Source: Nemertoderma westbladi (lineage: Eukaryota; Animalia; Xenacoelomorpha). Taken from it: a DNA stretch of 64,000 bases. Of this stretch, positions 26,101 to 38,653 are shown one piece after another. Below the pieces are notes generated by a model. That model had not been told where the DNA came from. It saw nothing but the letters and a program-made list of their open reading frames with translations, and searched no databases. Within the stretch, counting starts at the first letter, position 1; each line of letters begins with the position of its first letter. Both the position numbers and the translations under genes were made by a program. Location: the NCBI GenBank assembly GCA_032718475.1, contig JAUCBJ010000075.1, positions 45,487 through 109,486 of the forward strand. The letters run 5' to 3'.

Positions 26101-28391
26101 CGCCCCTCCCCTCCACCCACACACACGGCTCGCCCCCACCCTCCACCCACACACACGGCTCGCCCCCACCCTCCACCCACACACACGGCTCGCCCCTACC
26201 CTCCACCCACACACACGGCTCGCCCCCACCCTCCACCCACACACACGGCTCGCCCCTACCCTCCACCCACACACACGGCTCGCCCCTACCCTCCACCCAC
26301 ACACACGGCTCGCCCCCACCCTCCACCCACACACACGGCTCGCCCCTACCCTCCACCCACACACACGGCTTCGCCCCCACCCTCCACCCACACACACGGC
26401 TCGCCCCCACCCTCCACCCACACACACGGCTCGCCCCTACCCTCCACCCACCCACACGGCTCGCCCCTACCCTCCACCCACACACACGGCTCGCCCCCAC
26501 CCTCCACCCACACACACGGCTCGCCCCTACCCTCCACCCACCCACACGGCTCGCCCCTACCCTCCACCCACACACACGGCTCGCCCCCACCTTCCACCCA
26601 CACACACGGCTCGCCCCTACCCTCCACACACACACACGGCTTGCCCCCACCCTCCACACACACACACGGCTTGCCCCCACCCTCCACCCACACACACGGC
26701 TCGCCCCTCCCCTCCACCCACACACACCGGCTCGCCCCTCCCCTCCACCCACACACACGGCTCGCCCCCACCCTCCACCCACCCACACGGCTCGCCCCTA
26801 CCCTCCACCCACACACACGGCTCGCCCCTACCCTCCACCCACCCACACGGCTCGCCCCTACCCTCCACCCACACACACGGCTCGCCCCTACCCTCCACCC
26901 ACACACACGGCTCGCCCCCACCCTCCACCCACACACACGGCTCGCCCCTCCCCTCCACCCACACACACGGCTCGCCCCTCCCCTCCACCCACCCACACGG
27001 CTCGCCCCTCCCCTCCACCCACACACACGGCTCGCCCCCACCCTCCACCCACACACACGGCTCGCCCCCACCCTCCACCCACACACACGGCTCGCCCCTC
27101 CCCTCCACCCACCCACACGGCTCGCCCCCACCCTCCACCCACACACACGGCTCGCCCCCACCCTCCACCCACACACACGGCTCGCCCCTACCCTCCACCC
27201 ACACACACGGCTCGCCCCCACCCTCCACCCACACACACGGTTCGCCCCTCCCCTCCACCCACACACACGGCTCGCCCCTCCCCTCCACCTACCCACACGG
27301 CTCGCCCCTACCCTCCACCCACACACACGGCTCGCCCCCACCCTCCACCCACACACACGGCTCGCCCCCACCCTCCACCCACACACACGGCTCGCCCCTC
27401 CCCTCCACCCACCCACACGGCTCGCCCCTACCCTCCACCCACACACACGGCTCGCCCCCACCCTCCACCCACACACACGGCTCGCCCCTACCCTCCACCC
27501 ACACACACGGCTCGCCCCCACCCTCCACCCACACACACGGTTCGCCCCTCCCCTCCACCCACACACACGGTTCGCCCCTCCCCTCCACCCACACACACGG
27601 CTCGCCCCCACCCTCCACCCACCCACACGGCTCGCCCCTACCCTCCACCCACACATACGGCTCGCCCCTACCCTCCACCCACCCACACGGCTCGCCCCTA
27701 CCCTCCACCCACACACACGGCTCGCCCCCACCCTCCACCCACACACACGGCTCGCCCCCACCCTCCACCCACACACACGGCTCCTCCCTACCCTCCACCC
27801 ACACACACGGATCGCCCCCACCCTCCACCCACACACACGGCTCGCCCCCACCCTCCACCCACACACACGGCTCGCCCCCACCCTCCACCCACACACACGG
27901 CTTGCCCCCACCCTCCACCCACACACACGGTTCGCCCCTCCCCTCCACCCACACACACGGCTCGCCCCTCCCCTTTACCCACACACACGGCTCGCCCCCA
28001 CCCTCCACCCACCCACACGGCTCGCCCCTACCCTCCACCCACACATACGGCTCGCCCCTACCCTCCACCCACACACACGGCTCGCCCCTCCCCTTTACCC
28101 ACACACACGGCTCGCCCCCACCCTCCACCCACCCACACGGCTCGCCCCTACCCTCCACCCACACACACGGCTCGCCCCTACCCTCCACCCACCCACACGG
28201 CTCGCCCCTACCCTCCACCCACACACACGGCTCGCCCCTACCCTCCACCCACACACACGGCTCGCCCCCACCCTCCACCCACACACACGGTTCGCCCCTA
28301 CCATCCACCCACCCACACGGCTCGCCCCTACCCTCCACCCACCCACACGGCTCGCCCCTACCCTCCACCCACACACACGGCTCGCCCCTAC
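23187..28391. repeat. 30-bp minisatellite (~170 units); minus-strand unit GTAGGGGCGAGCCGTGTGTGTGGGTGGAGG
   Basis: Direct tandem repeat that begins at the first intronic base after exon 28596-28392. Confidence 0.97.
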
Positions 28392-28596
28392 CTGATTCAT
28401 CTTTACTCCGACTATCAGCTACGCCTATTAGCCTATCACCCTCTCCTGCTGTTGCTGTCGGTTCTCGTCCAACTGACTCGGAGAGTTTCGATTTGACAGT
28501 CAGCAACTCGCTGGCGAGCTGGTCCCGTTCCTGTCTGAGTGACGTCACCACAGACTCATCGTGGCTACTCGACTTGGGAAGACGAACCCTAGACGC
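28392..28596 (-). CDS. Internal exon of host coiled-coil gene (ASRVRLPKSSSHDESVVTSLRQERDQLASELLTVKSKLSES...SKDES-G)
   Basis: Acceptor TTTTATTATTAG|GCG, donor CAG|GTAGGG, 205 nt open, phase 0 to 1. Confidence 0.82.
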
Positions 28597-29080
28597 CTAA
28601 TAATAAAATGTAAGGTGTAAAAATTGTACTGTATATTAAACGACATAATCTCATCAACATCAACATCATCAACAAGCGGTAATTTATTTAACAATAAGGT
28701 AACAAACAAAGGAAAGGCATTTACGAGAACCACCATATTCTCGACCATCAATCAGTCCGTTCCTCACCTTACACACATAGAGGAGTGGAACAGGACTGCA
28801 AGACTATATTATCGCCTTTCTTTAAATACCTAATATAATACATTTAAATTGTTTAAATTTTCAAACATAAAATTTTTAATTTTTAATACTGCTATTTCTT
28901 CACTACAGCTAATAAAGCAATAAAGGTAACAATTATTATTATTGTCTAGAATTGTATAGCCTTTTAATAGTGTCCCCAATTACATGCTAGTATATTAATA
29001 CCCGCAATTTAACTTTAATTAACTTAACTATATCAACTAACCATCAAACCTAATGTATTCCAACTATTTCTATAACTAAC

Positions 29081-29257
29081 CTCTTCTAACTCAGTTATCT
29101 TACTGAGTTTTGTCTCTAGCTGTCCCTGTAAGTCACCCAGTTCCACTGTTTTATTAGCCAATAAGGTCTCGGTGACCTGCAGATGGGTTTGGAGATCGGC
29201 TTCGCCATTAGTTAATCGGGAGATTGCTGTCTTTAAATCCGCATTCTCTATTTGTAT
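29081..29257 (-). CDS. Internal exon of host coiled-coil gene (IQIENADLKTAISRL...QLETKLSKITELEE)
   Basis: Acceptor TATTTTTCGCAG|ATA, donor GAG|GTTAGT, 177 nt open, phase 0/0, heptad-like L/E/Q/K pattern. Confidence 0.87.
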
Positions 29258-29983
29258 CTGCGAAAAATAAATTATAGAGTTTAAATAAAGCCATAACCCA
29301 ACCGGGTTAGGAAACTCAAATGAATATTTCAGGTTTCGATATTAATGGTTAATAGCTAATAACATTGTGACATTTAATTCTGATTCAATTTCGTCTTTAA
29401 TTTACTTTCGAATGGATACATGGTATAGATATCCCGGTTTGGCAAACAACTTGCGCCCCTAGCGTCAACTCAGGGCATCATACAGACAGGATCAGGTCCG
29501 TACATTGGCTTATTTCTCGATTACCACCCGTACTGGAGGCATTCTTCCATCATCGCAGCACAAAAATAAACCGATATCTACTACTACAGGTGCGACCTTG
29601 ATATACTAATATACTCATTAACAACGGGCCAATTAGACAACAACAACCCACTAAACTACTACGGATAACCAAAGAAACAGGTAAAGTAGTAGTAGAAGGT
29701 TCAGAACACAGCGGCGCAACTGCACTGGAAGGCTTTACAGAGGGGGATTATATCTCACCAGTCCCACGTCAGATTTAATACAAAGTCATTAGGTTAACGT
29801 ATAAATGTTTGAACAACTTAGTAGCATCCATATTTTTCCAACCTACTAACCAGGTACGTAAAGTAAAACTAAAGTCAAAAGGAGGTCCCCCAGATCTATA
29901 ACCCCCAGAGGAAACTGCTTCTCATTTAGCTACCATTTGGATGCAAGACAGAAATGAGCCTTGGCTAGCCCCTTTAGGCCATC

Positions 29984-32231
29984 CTGTGTGCTGTTGTTCC
30001 GTGTTCCAACTAACCTGGGTTACTGTGGCCTGCACCTCTGCCAGTCTGTGTGCTGTTGTTCCGTGTTCCAACTAACCTGGGTTACTGTGGCCTGCACCTG
30101 TCCCAGTCTGTGTGCTGTTGCGCCGTGTTCCAACTAACCTGGGTTACTGTGGCCTGCACCTCTGCCAGTCTGTGGGATGTTGTTCCGTGTTCCAACTAAC
30201 CTGGGTTACTGCGGCCTGCACCTGTACCAGTCTGTGTGCTGTTGTTCCGTGTTCCAACTAACCTGGGTTACTGTGGCCTGCACCTGTCCCAGTCTGTGTG
30301 CTGTTGTTCCGTGTTCCAACTAACCTGGGTTACTGTGGCCTGCACCTGTCCCAGTCTGTGTGCTGTTGTTCCGTGTTCCAACTAACCTGGGTTACTGTGG
30401 CCTGCACCTGTCCCAGTCTGTGTGCTGTTGTTCCGTGTTCCAACTAACCTGGGTTACTGTGGCCTGCACCTGTCCCAGTCTGTGTGCTGTTGTTCCGTGT
30501 TCCAATTAACCTGGGTTACTGTGGCCTGCACCTCTGCAAGTCTTTGTGATGTTGTTCCGTGTTCCAACTAACCTGGGTTACTGTGGCCTGCACCTGTCCC
30601 AGTCTGTGTGCTGTTGTTCCGTGTTCCAACTAACCTGGGTTACTGTGGCCTGCACCTGTCCCAGTCTGTGTGCTGTTGTTCCGTGTTCCAATTAACCTGG
30701 GTTACTGTGGCCTGCACCTCTGCAAGTCTTTGTGATGTTGTTCCGTGTTCCAACTAACCTGGGTTACTGTGGCCTGCACCTGTCCCAGTCTGTGTGCTGT
30801 TGTTCCGTGTTCCAACTAACCTGGGTTACTGTGGCCTGCACCTGTCCCAGTCTGTGTGCTGTTGTTCCGTGTTCCAACTAACCTGGGTTACTGTGGCCTG
30901 CACCTGTCCCAGTCTGTGTGCTGTTGTTCCGTGTTCCAACTAACCTGGGTTACTGTGGCCTGCACCTGTCCCAGTCTGTGTGCTGTTGTTCCGTGTTCCA
31001 ACTAACCTGGGTTACTGTGGCCTGCACCTCTGCCAGTCTTTGTGATGTTGTTCCGTGTTCCAACTAACCTGGGTTACTGTGGCCTGCACCTGTCCCAGTC
31101 TGTGTGCTGTTGTTCCGTGTTCCAACTAACCTGGGTTACTGTGGCCTGCACCTGTCCCAGTCTGTGTGCTGTTGTTCCGTGTTCCAACTAACCTGGGTTA
31201 CTGTGGCCTGCACCTGTCCCAGTCTGTGTGCTGTTGTTCCGTGTTCCAATTAACCTGGGTTACTGTGGCCTGCACCTCTGCAAGTCTGTGTGCTGTTGTG
31301 CCGTGTTCCAACTAAGCTGGGTTACTGCGGCCTGTATCTCAGCCAGTCTGTGGGATGTTGTTCCGTGTTCCAACTAACCTGGGTTACTGCGACCTGCACC
31401 AGTCTGTGTGATGTTGTTCCGTGTTCCAACTAACCTGGGTTACTGCGGCCTGCACCTCTGCAAGTCTGTGTGCTGTTGTGCCGTGTTCCAACTAAGCTGG
31501 GTTACTGCGGCCTGTATCTCAGCCAGTCTGTGGGATGTTGTTCCGTGTTCCAACTAACCTGGGTTACTGCGGCCTGCACCTCTGCCAGTCTGTGTGCTGT
31601 TGTTCCGTGTTCCAACTAACCTGGGTTACTGTGGCCTGCACCTCTGCCAGTCTGTGTGCTGTTGTTCCGTGTTCCAACTAACCTGGGGTACTGCGGCCTG
31701 CACCTCAGCCAGTCTGTGTGATGTTGTTCCGTGTTCCAACTAACCTGGGTTAATACGGCATGCACCTGTCCCAGTCTGTGTGCTGTTGTTCCGTGTTCCA
31801 ATTAACCTGGGTTACTGTGGCCTGCACCTCTGCCACGCTGTGTGATGTTGTTCCGTGTTCCAACTATCCTGGGTTACTGCGGCCTGCACCTCTGCCAGTC
31901 TGTGTGATGTTGTTCCGTGTTCCAACTAACCTGGGTTACTGCGGCTTGCACCTCTGCCAGTCTGTGTGATGTTGTTCCGTGTTCCAACTAACCTGGGTTA
32001 CTGCGGTCTGCACCTCTGCCAGTCTGTGTGCTGTTGTTCCGTGTTCCAACTATCCTGGGTTACTGCGGCCTGCACCTCTGCCAGTCCGTGTGCTGTTGTT
32101 CCGTGTTCCAACTAACCTGGGTTACTGTGGCCTGCATCTCAGCCAGTCTGTGTGATGTTGTTCCGTGTTCCAACTAACCTGGGTTACTGTGGCCTGCATC
32201 TCAGCCAGTCTGTGTGCTGTTGTTCCGTGTT
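29984..32231 (-). repeat. 62-bp minisatellite (~36 units) whose first unit overlaps the 3' end and splice donor of exon 32346-32179
   Basis: Reverse complement of the 12744-17756 unit; continuous with the exon's coding sequence. Confidence 0.97.
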
Positions 32232-32346
32232 CTAATTTCGCGTTTATATTCTTGGCGTCTAACAGTCGGTTCTGCATAGCGAGATATTGATTCTCATCGC
32301 ACGCTTCCTTCAGTCGCTTTTCCAAACGATCCTTTTCCGTGAGAGC
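32179..32346 (-). CDS. Internal exon of host coiled-coil gene (ALTEKDRLEKRLKEACDENQYLAMQNRLLDAKNINAKLEHGTTAHRLAEMQATVTQ)
   Basis: Poly-C tract plus AAACAG|GCT acceptor, donor CAG|GTTAGT, 168 nt open, phase 0/0. Confidence 0.85.
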
Positions 32347-34426
32347 CTGTTTGGGGGGGGGGGGGGTAATAATAAAGGGAGCTCACATTAGGAGGTATGG
32401 CAGGCTCCCAGATCTATAAGTAAGATATAAAGTGGCAATGTATTAAAATATCTTATTGCATTTCGATAACTTAATGTATTCCGTTCTTTTGGGCGTAATA
32501 TTTTAGAGTACAGTAGTAAGAATATAGATACAATACAGGAGAGTGTTACAGTACAGTAGTAAGAATTAATAGATACAGAACAGTAGTAAGAATTAATAGA
32601 TACAGTACAGTAGTAAGAATTAATAGATACAGTACAGTAGTAAGAATTAATAGATACAGTACAGTAGTAAGAATTAATAGATACAGTACAGTAGTAAGAA
32701 TTAATAGATACAGTACAGTAGTAAGAATTAATAGATACAGTACAGTAGTAAGAATTAATAGATACAGTACAGTAGTAAGAATTAATAGATACAGTACAGT
32801 AGTAAGAATTAATAGATACAGTACAGTAGTAAGAATTAATAGATACAGTACAGTAGTAAGAATTAATAGATACAGTACAGTAGTAAGAATTAATAGATAC
32901 AGTACAGTAGTAAGAATTAATAGATACAGTACAGTAGTAAGAATTAATAGATACAGTACAGTAGTAAGAATTAATAGATACAATACAGTAGTAAGAATTA
33001 ATAGATACAGTACAGTAGTAAGAATTAATAGATACAGTACAGTAGTAAGAATTAATAGATACAATACAGTAGTAAGAATTAATAGATACAGAACAGTAGT
33101 AAGAATTAATAGATACAGTACAGTAGTAAGAATTAATAGATACAGTACAGTAGTAAGAATTAATAGATACAGTACAGTAGTAAGAATTAATAGATACAGT
33201 TAAGTAGTAAGAATTAATAGATACAATACAGTAGTAAGAATTAATAGATACAATACAGTAGTAAGAATTAATAGATACAGTACAGTAGTAAGAATTAATA
33301 GATACAGTACAGTAGTAAGAATTAATAGATACAGAACAGTAGTAAGAATTAATAGATACAGTACAGTAGTAAGAATTAATAGATACAGTACAGTAGTAAG
33401 AATTAATAGATACAGTACAGTAGTAAGAATTAATAGATACAGTTAAGTAGTAAGAATTAATAGATACAATACAGTAGTAAGAATTAATAGATACAATACA
33501 GTAGTAAGAATTAATAGATACAGTACAGTAGTAAGAATTAATAGATACAGTACAGTAGTAAGAATTAATAGATACAGTACAGTAGTAAGAATTAATAGAT
33601 ACAATACAGTAGTAAGAATTAATAGATACAGTTAAGTAGTAAGAATTAATAGATACAGTACAGTAGTAAGAATTAATAGATACAATACAGTAGTAAGAAT
33701 TAATAGATACAATACAATAGTAAGAATTAATAGATACAATACAGTAGTAAGAATTAATAGATACAGTACAGTAGTAAGAATTAATAGATACAGTACAGTA
33801 GTAAGAATTAATAGATACAGTACAGTAGTAAGAATTAATAGATACAGTACAGTAGTAAGAATTAATAGATACAGAACAGTAGTAAGAATTAATAGATACA
33901 GTACAGTAGTAAGAATTAATAGATACAGTACAGTAGTAAGAATTAATAGATACAGTACAGTAGTAAGAATTAATAGATACAATACAGTAGTAAGAATTAA
34001 TAGATACAGAACAGTAGTAAGAATTAATAGATACAATACAATAGTAAGAATTAATAGATACAATACAGTAGTAAGAATTAATAGATACAGTACAGTAGTA
34101 AGAATTAATAGATACAGTACAGTAGTAAGAATTAATAGATACAGTACAGTAGTAAGAATTAATAGATACAGTACAGTAGTAAGAATTAATAGATACAATA
34201 CAGTAGTAAGAATTAATAGATACAATACAATAGTAAGAATTAATAGATACAATACAGTAGTAAGAATTAATAGATACAGTACAGTAGTAAGAATTAATAG
34301 ATACAGTACAGTAGTAAGAATTAATAGATACAGTACAGTAGTAAGAATTAATAGATACAGAACAGTAGTAAGAATTAATAGATACAATACAATAGTAAGA
34401 ATTAATAGATACAATACAGTAGTAAG

Positions 34427-35656
34427 TGTTCGCGCTTTTGAAGACCTTTAGCAGTTTAACCTGCCAAAATTTATATGTCTTTTAGTTAATTAACACACCT
34501 TTAGCATACGACAATATTTTATGCTAATAAACAAAACATTAGCCGAAGCCAGCCCATGCGCGATCATTCACCCGATGGATCTACACCCGGGAGGCTGAAT
34601 TCGGATGCTTAGATTTTATTATTGCAGTGTAAGGTTGCAGTGTAAACCTATTGTATTATTCGATAGATCACTAATAATTAATTTCTGACAGATATTATTA
34701 ACTTTCGGGAAATATTAACAGTTCCTTTAGGACGTGGCGCTCTATCTATTTAAACAGAGCTAGGACTTATACTAAACGCAACGATAAGGCTTATGATTAA
34801 AGTATAAGTCGCATTCTTTAGGAAATGCTTTGTTACCAGTCACATCACACTCACAATCATGCACACTATTCTGCCGACCGTCAGTATATTTGATCACACA
34901 TAAAGAGAACAGCAATTGACTCAGGTAGTGTCTACTAAATAACATTAGATTCAATACACACCACATTGATATAAATCGCAATTGTTATATATAGCCCGCC
35001 TCTCTAACCTGTAGTGTATCAAGAAAATTGGGAATTTTGGGTGATTTATCCGTATTCTCCAAAGAGCAATATTTCCATCAACAAATAGATACAATTAATA
35101 ACTGACGGTAAATAGCAGTACAAACAATATGATTAGTGCAGTTAAATTAAGTGAGGTAACACCGCCGGTAACAGTTATACTTTCTATAATCTAAGCAGTT
35201 TTACTAGAGTTCTTAGAGCCGGTGTTTCTGGCTTAGACAGCAATAACAACAAAGTATCAAGTAAAAGCAGTAAGACTGAACACTCTCCTTATGATCGGCC
35301 GAAAAGCTACACGTCGACAGGAAAAATCGCTCTGATTGGCTCAAGCCAAACAAAGAACCATGCGTCCAATGGCTGTTTCCATGTCAGCAACCAGCTGTTA
35401 GATGTCGTAATATGAATCATCACGGCTAAGCTGTGAAAGGTAGTTGGTGCATTGCAGGTTTTTTGCCTTACCATGTCCGCCAAAACACGTATATAGCAGA
35501 ATGACTTTTATGTCCGTTAAAACACCTGTAACGGTACCTTGCGGGCGAGGGGAATATATATACAGTTAGAGAACCTTTTTAGAGTATTCCAGCGCCTGGG
35601 GGGAAACTGGATTGCGAAGCAAAAGGGGCCAGTTATATCCCACAGAAGCTTTTACA
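34427..35656 (-). repeat. 3' LTR
   Basis: Matches 45087-46316; only one mismatch noticed by eye (35364 G vs 46024 A). Confidence 0.95.
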
Positions 35657-35734
35657 CCGCTCCCAGAAAATGGGATTTGAGTCTATAAATATACAAAAAT
35701 CACAGTTTCTAATATACGTAAATACTCTAAACAG

Positions 35735-36067
35735 TTAGTCTTTCTTGCGCGGACGGCGTTTACGCAGTTTTTTAAAGCTAGCAAGAGTCCTTTTCTCTTT
35801 GGGGCGAGCCACTTTACGAGGAGGGCTATAACTCCTGGGTGAAGGGTGCAATATGATTGCATCAGAAGGTATGGGATTGCGATCGGTATATCCGCCGGTC
35901 GAAGTACCGGGTTGATTGACATCAACGTCCGGGGAGAGGGGTCTAACGGCTTTGAGAGCTCGTTTCAAGACAGCCGCTCTTACGGGTCCTTTACGAGTGG
36001 TCTGAACGAGGGCCGTGGGTGGACCATAGGCAGTTAGAAACTTCCTTGGTTTAATGGTTTTTTCCAA
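35735..36067 (-). CDS. Accessory ORF-D, Pro/basic protein with NLS-like tail KKLRKRRPRKKD (no ATG start; may be fused to ORF-C)
   Basis: Its C-terminal ~50 aa are homologous to 1459-1619; in the tail, synonymous changes are more frequent in this frame than in the overlapping one. Confidence 0.55.
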   Translation of the reverse strand: MEKTIKPRKFLTAYGPPTALVQTTRKGPVRAAVLKRALKAVRPLSPDVDVNQPGTSTGGYTDRNPIPSDAIILHPSPRSYSPPRKVARPKEKRTLASFKKLRKRRPRKKD

Positions 36068-36357
36068 CTCGCGTTCGCGGGCTCGGTACTCGTAAGGCCG
36101 TCGATATACTTCCTGTAACTCGATATGCGTGATTTCTGTTCGACAGAAGCGAATAGATAAGGATGGAACGCATAAATTCCTTCGTAAGCGCGTCCAGGAT
36201 AATAGCGATGGCGCGAATCACGATGTAAATCAGCGTTCGCTTCCCAAGCTCTAATGTAACGTAGTGTGATCATTTCATCTACGCTTTCCAAATCGCGATT
36301 AAAAGGGCAATCGAAACTGGCGTGTCCCTTTAGTGGACAGTAGTGACATTGAGTCAT
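36034..36357 (-). CDS. Accessory ORF-C with canonical CCHC zinc knuckle (CHYCPLKGHASFDC)
   Basis: ATG at 36357; exact C-x2-C-x4-H-x4-C spacing. Confidence 0.6.
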   Translation of the reverse strand: MTQCHYCPLKGHASFDCPFNRDLESVDEMITLRYIRAWEANADLHRDSRHRYYPGRAYEGIYAFHPYLFASVEQKSRISSYRKYIDGLTSTEPANASWKKPLNQGSF

Positions 36358-36391
36358 AAATTGAGGGCAAACCGCAAAAATATGCAAATTA

Positions 36392-36574
36392 TTAAATCTG
36401 CAATACGCTCAATAAATTTCCATCGCCGGTTGTTCGTGGAAATAGGAACAGCGGACGTTTGTGTCCATGGGCGTAACATGGTCTCTCGATGCGCATAACC
36501 GACAACGTTGCCGAGAAACATAGTTGGCATGGCGATAATCGTACGCAGTGAGACACTGTGGACCTTGATACCAT
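36392..36574 (-). CDS. Accessory ORF-B', 60 aa, C-x2-C-x13-C-x2-H motif
   Basis: Same position in the cassette as ORF 604-1110 and a similar VRL..CxxC...RxCxxHG motif. Confidence 0.45.
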   Translation of the reverse strand: MVSRSTVSHCVRLSPCQLCFSATLSVMRIERPCYAHGHKRPLFLFPRTTGDGNLLSVLQI

Positions 36575-36576
36575 TC

Positions 36577-37030
36577 TAGGATGTAATCGTTGTCGCTGTT
36601 CCGAGCGCGATAGGCTGAATCTCCTCAGATTCTAGGCATATTGGTTCGTGTTCGGCTTCCCAGTCTGTTACGAATAGAATTTTCGTGATCTATTCTCGGT
36701 TTATCGTTACGACTCCGCTGGGTATGATATTTAAATAGAACCATTTCCCTTTAGGGTGTCTACATCGTCCGTATCATGTAAATCGATAGGATGGCCGGTA
36801 GTTAAGAAGTCCATATACGTACCATTACGATGCGTATAGCGAGCGGTTAATTTTCGATAGTCCAATTCACGCGTAAGTTGCTCTTGGGACATCGGCGGTT
36901 CGATATAACGACCATCGTCCTCCGTAATAGTCGGATCGGCTTCACCGCGTATCAAGCTATCCACAAACGCTTGTAAAGGTAGAGTATATCGCTCTCTAAT
37001 ACCAAGGTCATCTTCTATTAATTCCGTCAT
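36577..37030 (-). pseudogene. Accessory ORF-A copy with an apparent +1 frameshift at ~36754 (possibly a second in a G run at ~36660)
   Basis: After the shift the frame resumes as REMVLFKYHTQRSRNDKPRIDHENSIRNRL, matching copy 1; the indels lie in homopolymers and may be sequencing errors. Confidence 0.7.
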
Positions 37031-38653
37031 ATCTGCTATCTGAGTTTATTAATATTAGTATGAGTCAATATTTAGGCAAGCGGGCGTCGCTGCCTACTAG
37101 TCTTTGACCCCGGACAGTGGGTTTCTCAGCGCCGATGTACCGTTGTCGCGGTGTTTGCGCCAACATGTAGCAACAGCACGACAACGATAATCGACACAAG
37201 TCCCACCACTGTCCGTCCCAAAGGCTTGAATCCACTTGAGGTTATCTCGGTAGAGTTAGGCTACTTTACAATTGCGATTAGCTACTGTAAACACACTTTA
37301 GTAGTATCATTCACCTATAAACGCACAAATTCCATACAATCATTACTTACTGCACACATGCAAGCCATTTTGTCCGTTAGTCATTGTCTTCCAGAATGTC
37401 ACGTTATTACTATGTATCCTTGGATACTAATAGTGCGCTATGTATTCTCTTATGCTACGCAATGGGGCAAGCTTTTTATTGTTCAGTTAACTTGCTTCTA
37501 ATTCTAGCGTGGGTGTTGCCATGGTGACATTATGGAAAACTAGCGGTAGAATTAGGATAATTCTCATGCATACAGATCTGGGATGTTATTTAATAGTAAT
37601 TCTTTAATTGTCAATATCCTCTTTATGCATGATTTTATAAATTTTATCGACTATTGACTATATGTTGGAGATTCTCACACTCTAGTACACTCAATATGAA
37701 TCTCCGCTCCCATGATCTATTAATTACTGGAATTTTGGGAATGTTGTAAATTGCACAAAATGACAATTTATGAAATTCATTTGAATATGAATTTAAATTT
37801 ATTCCCGTGAATTTTATTATTTGATGTTAAGTTGACACAAATTTTATTCCAGAGCATATCTGGGGACTTAGGATCCTTAATTCTATAAAATAGTCCTTCT
37901 AAGAATATCGGTAAATGCTGCGATATCTTAATTGACTAGAAATTTTAAAGGATCGGGATTTTACAGATTTTAATAAATATTAAATTAATATTTAGGATGG
38001 GCACCGATTTATTCCAGAACTTGTCTGGGGACGTTAACCACTGATTCTAGAATTTGTCTTTCAAGTATATCGGTGGGTGCCACGATATCTTAATCGACTA
38101 GAATTACAGATGGTCAAAAAGTTTAACAGATTTATTTGCGATTTACGCTACTGTTAGAGGGACATCACGCTACTATATGTATTATTTAATATAAGGTAGA
38201 AGAGCAATATCGCACGAAGCAATGTCAGTGTGAAGAGGCAAGTCGTTTCCAAGGTCTACCCAGAGCTTGGTTTAGCCGAGACACGAGGATCTGAACTTTG
38301 CATTCCTAATACTCTGCCTACCAATAATACTTAAATATAGTAGTGGCTTTATTGTACTTTAATAAGTACTGACATGTCATCTTACTATAGTCTCGCATTT
38401 ATAATATAATACGGACAGTAAGGAAAGAGAAAAATAATTATTTCTTGCCGTCGCACTAAATATATTATAAGTAATCAAGTACGTAATAAACACTAATATA
38501 TTGCACTAATTTACTAAATAATCGCTAAAATAACATTCTACTAAATAAAATTAAAGAAAACGATTATAATAAAATTACGTAATAATACATACATAAATAT
38601 AAAATAAAAAACAAATATAAAATGATATAGTCATACACCCACTCCATATGTTA

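Noticed and set aside
23037-28600. 1800-aa Pro/His/Thr-rich ORFs resembling extensins or mucins (and similar ORFs at 18745-20301)
   Set aside because: Open in several frames on both strands because the 30-bp unit lacks stops; frames switch at 1-nt indels; the region is intronic.
35683-35925. Overlapping second reading frame open at the 3' end of both elements
   Set aside because: In the tail compared, differences between the copies are mostly non-synonymous in this frame and more often synonymous in the basic-tail frame.
35657-37120. env gene in the 3' region of the LTR element
   Set aside because: The ORFs are short and show no signal peptide or transmembrane segment.
37151-37501. 116-aa antisense ORF in the element
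   Set aside because: GTG start, no motif, no second copy in the window to support it.
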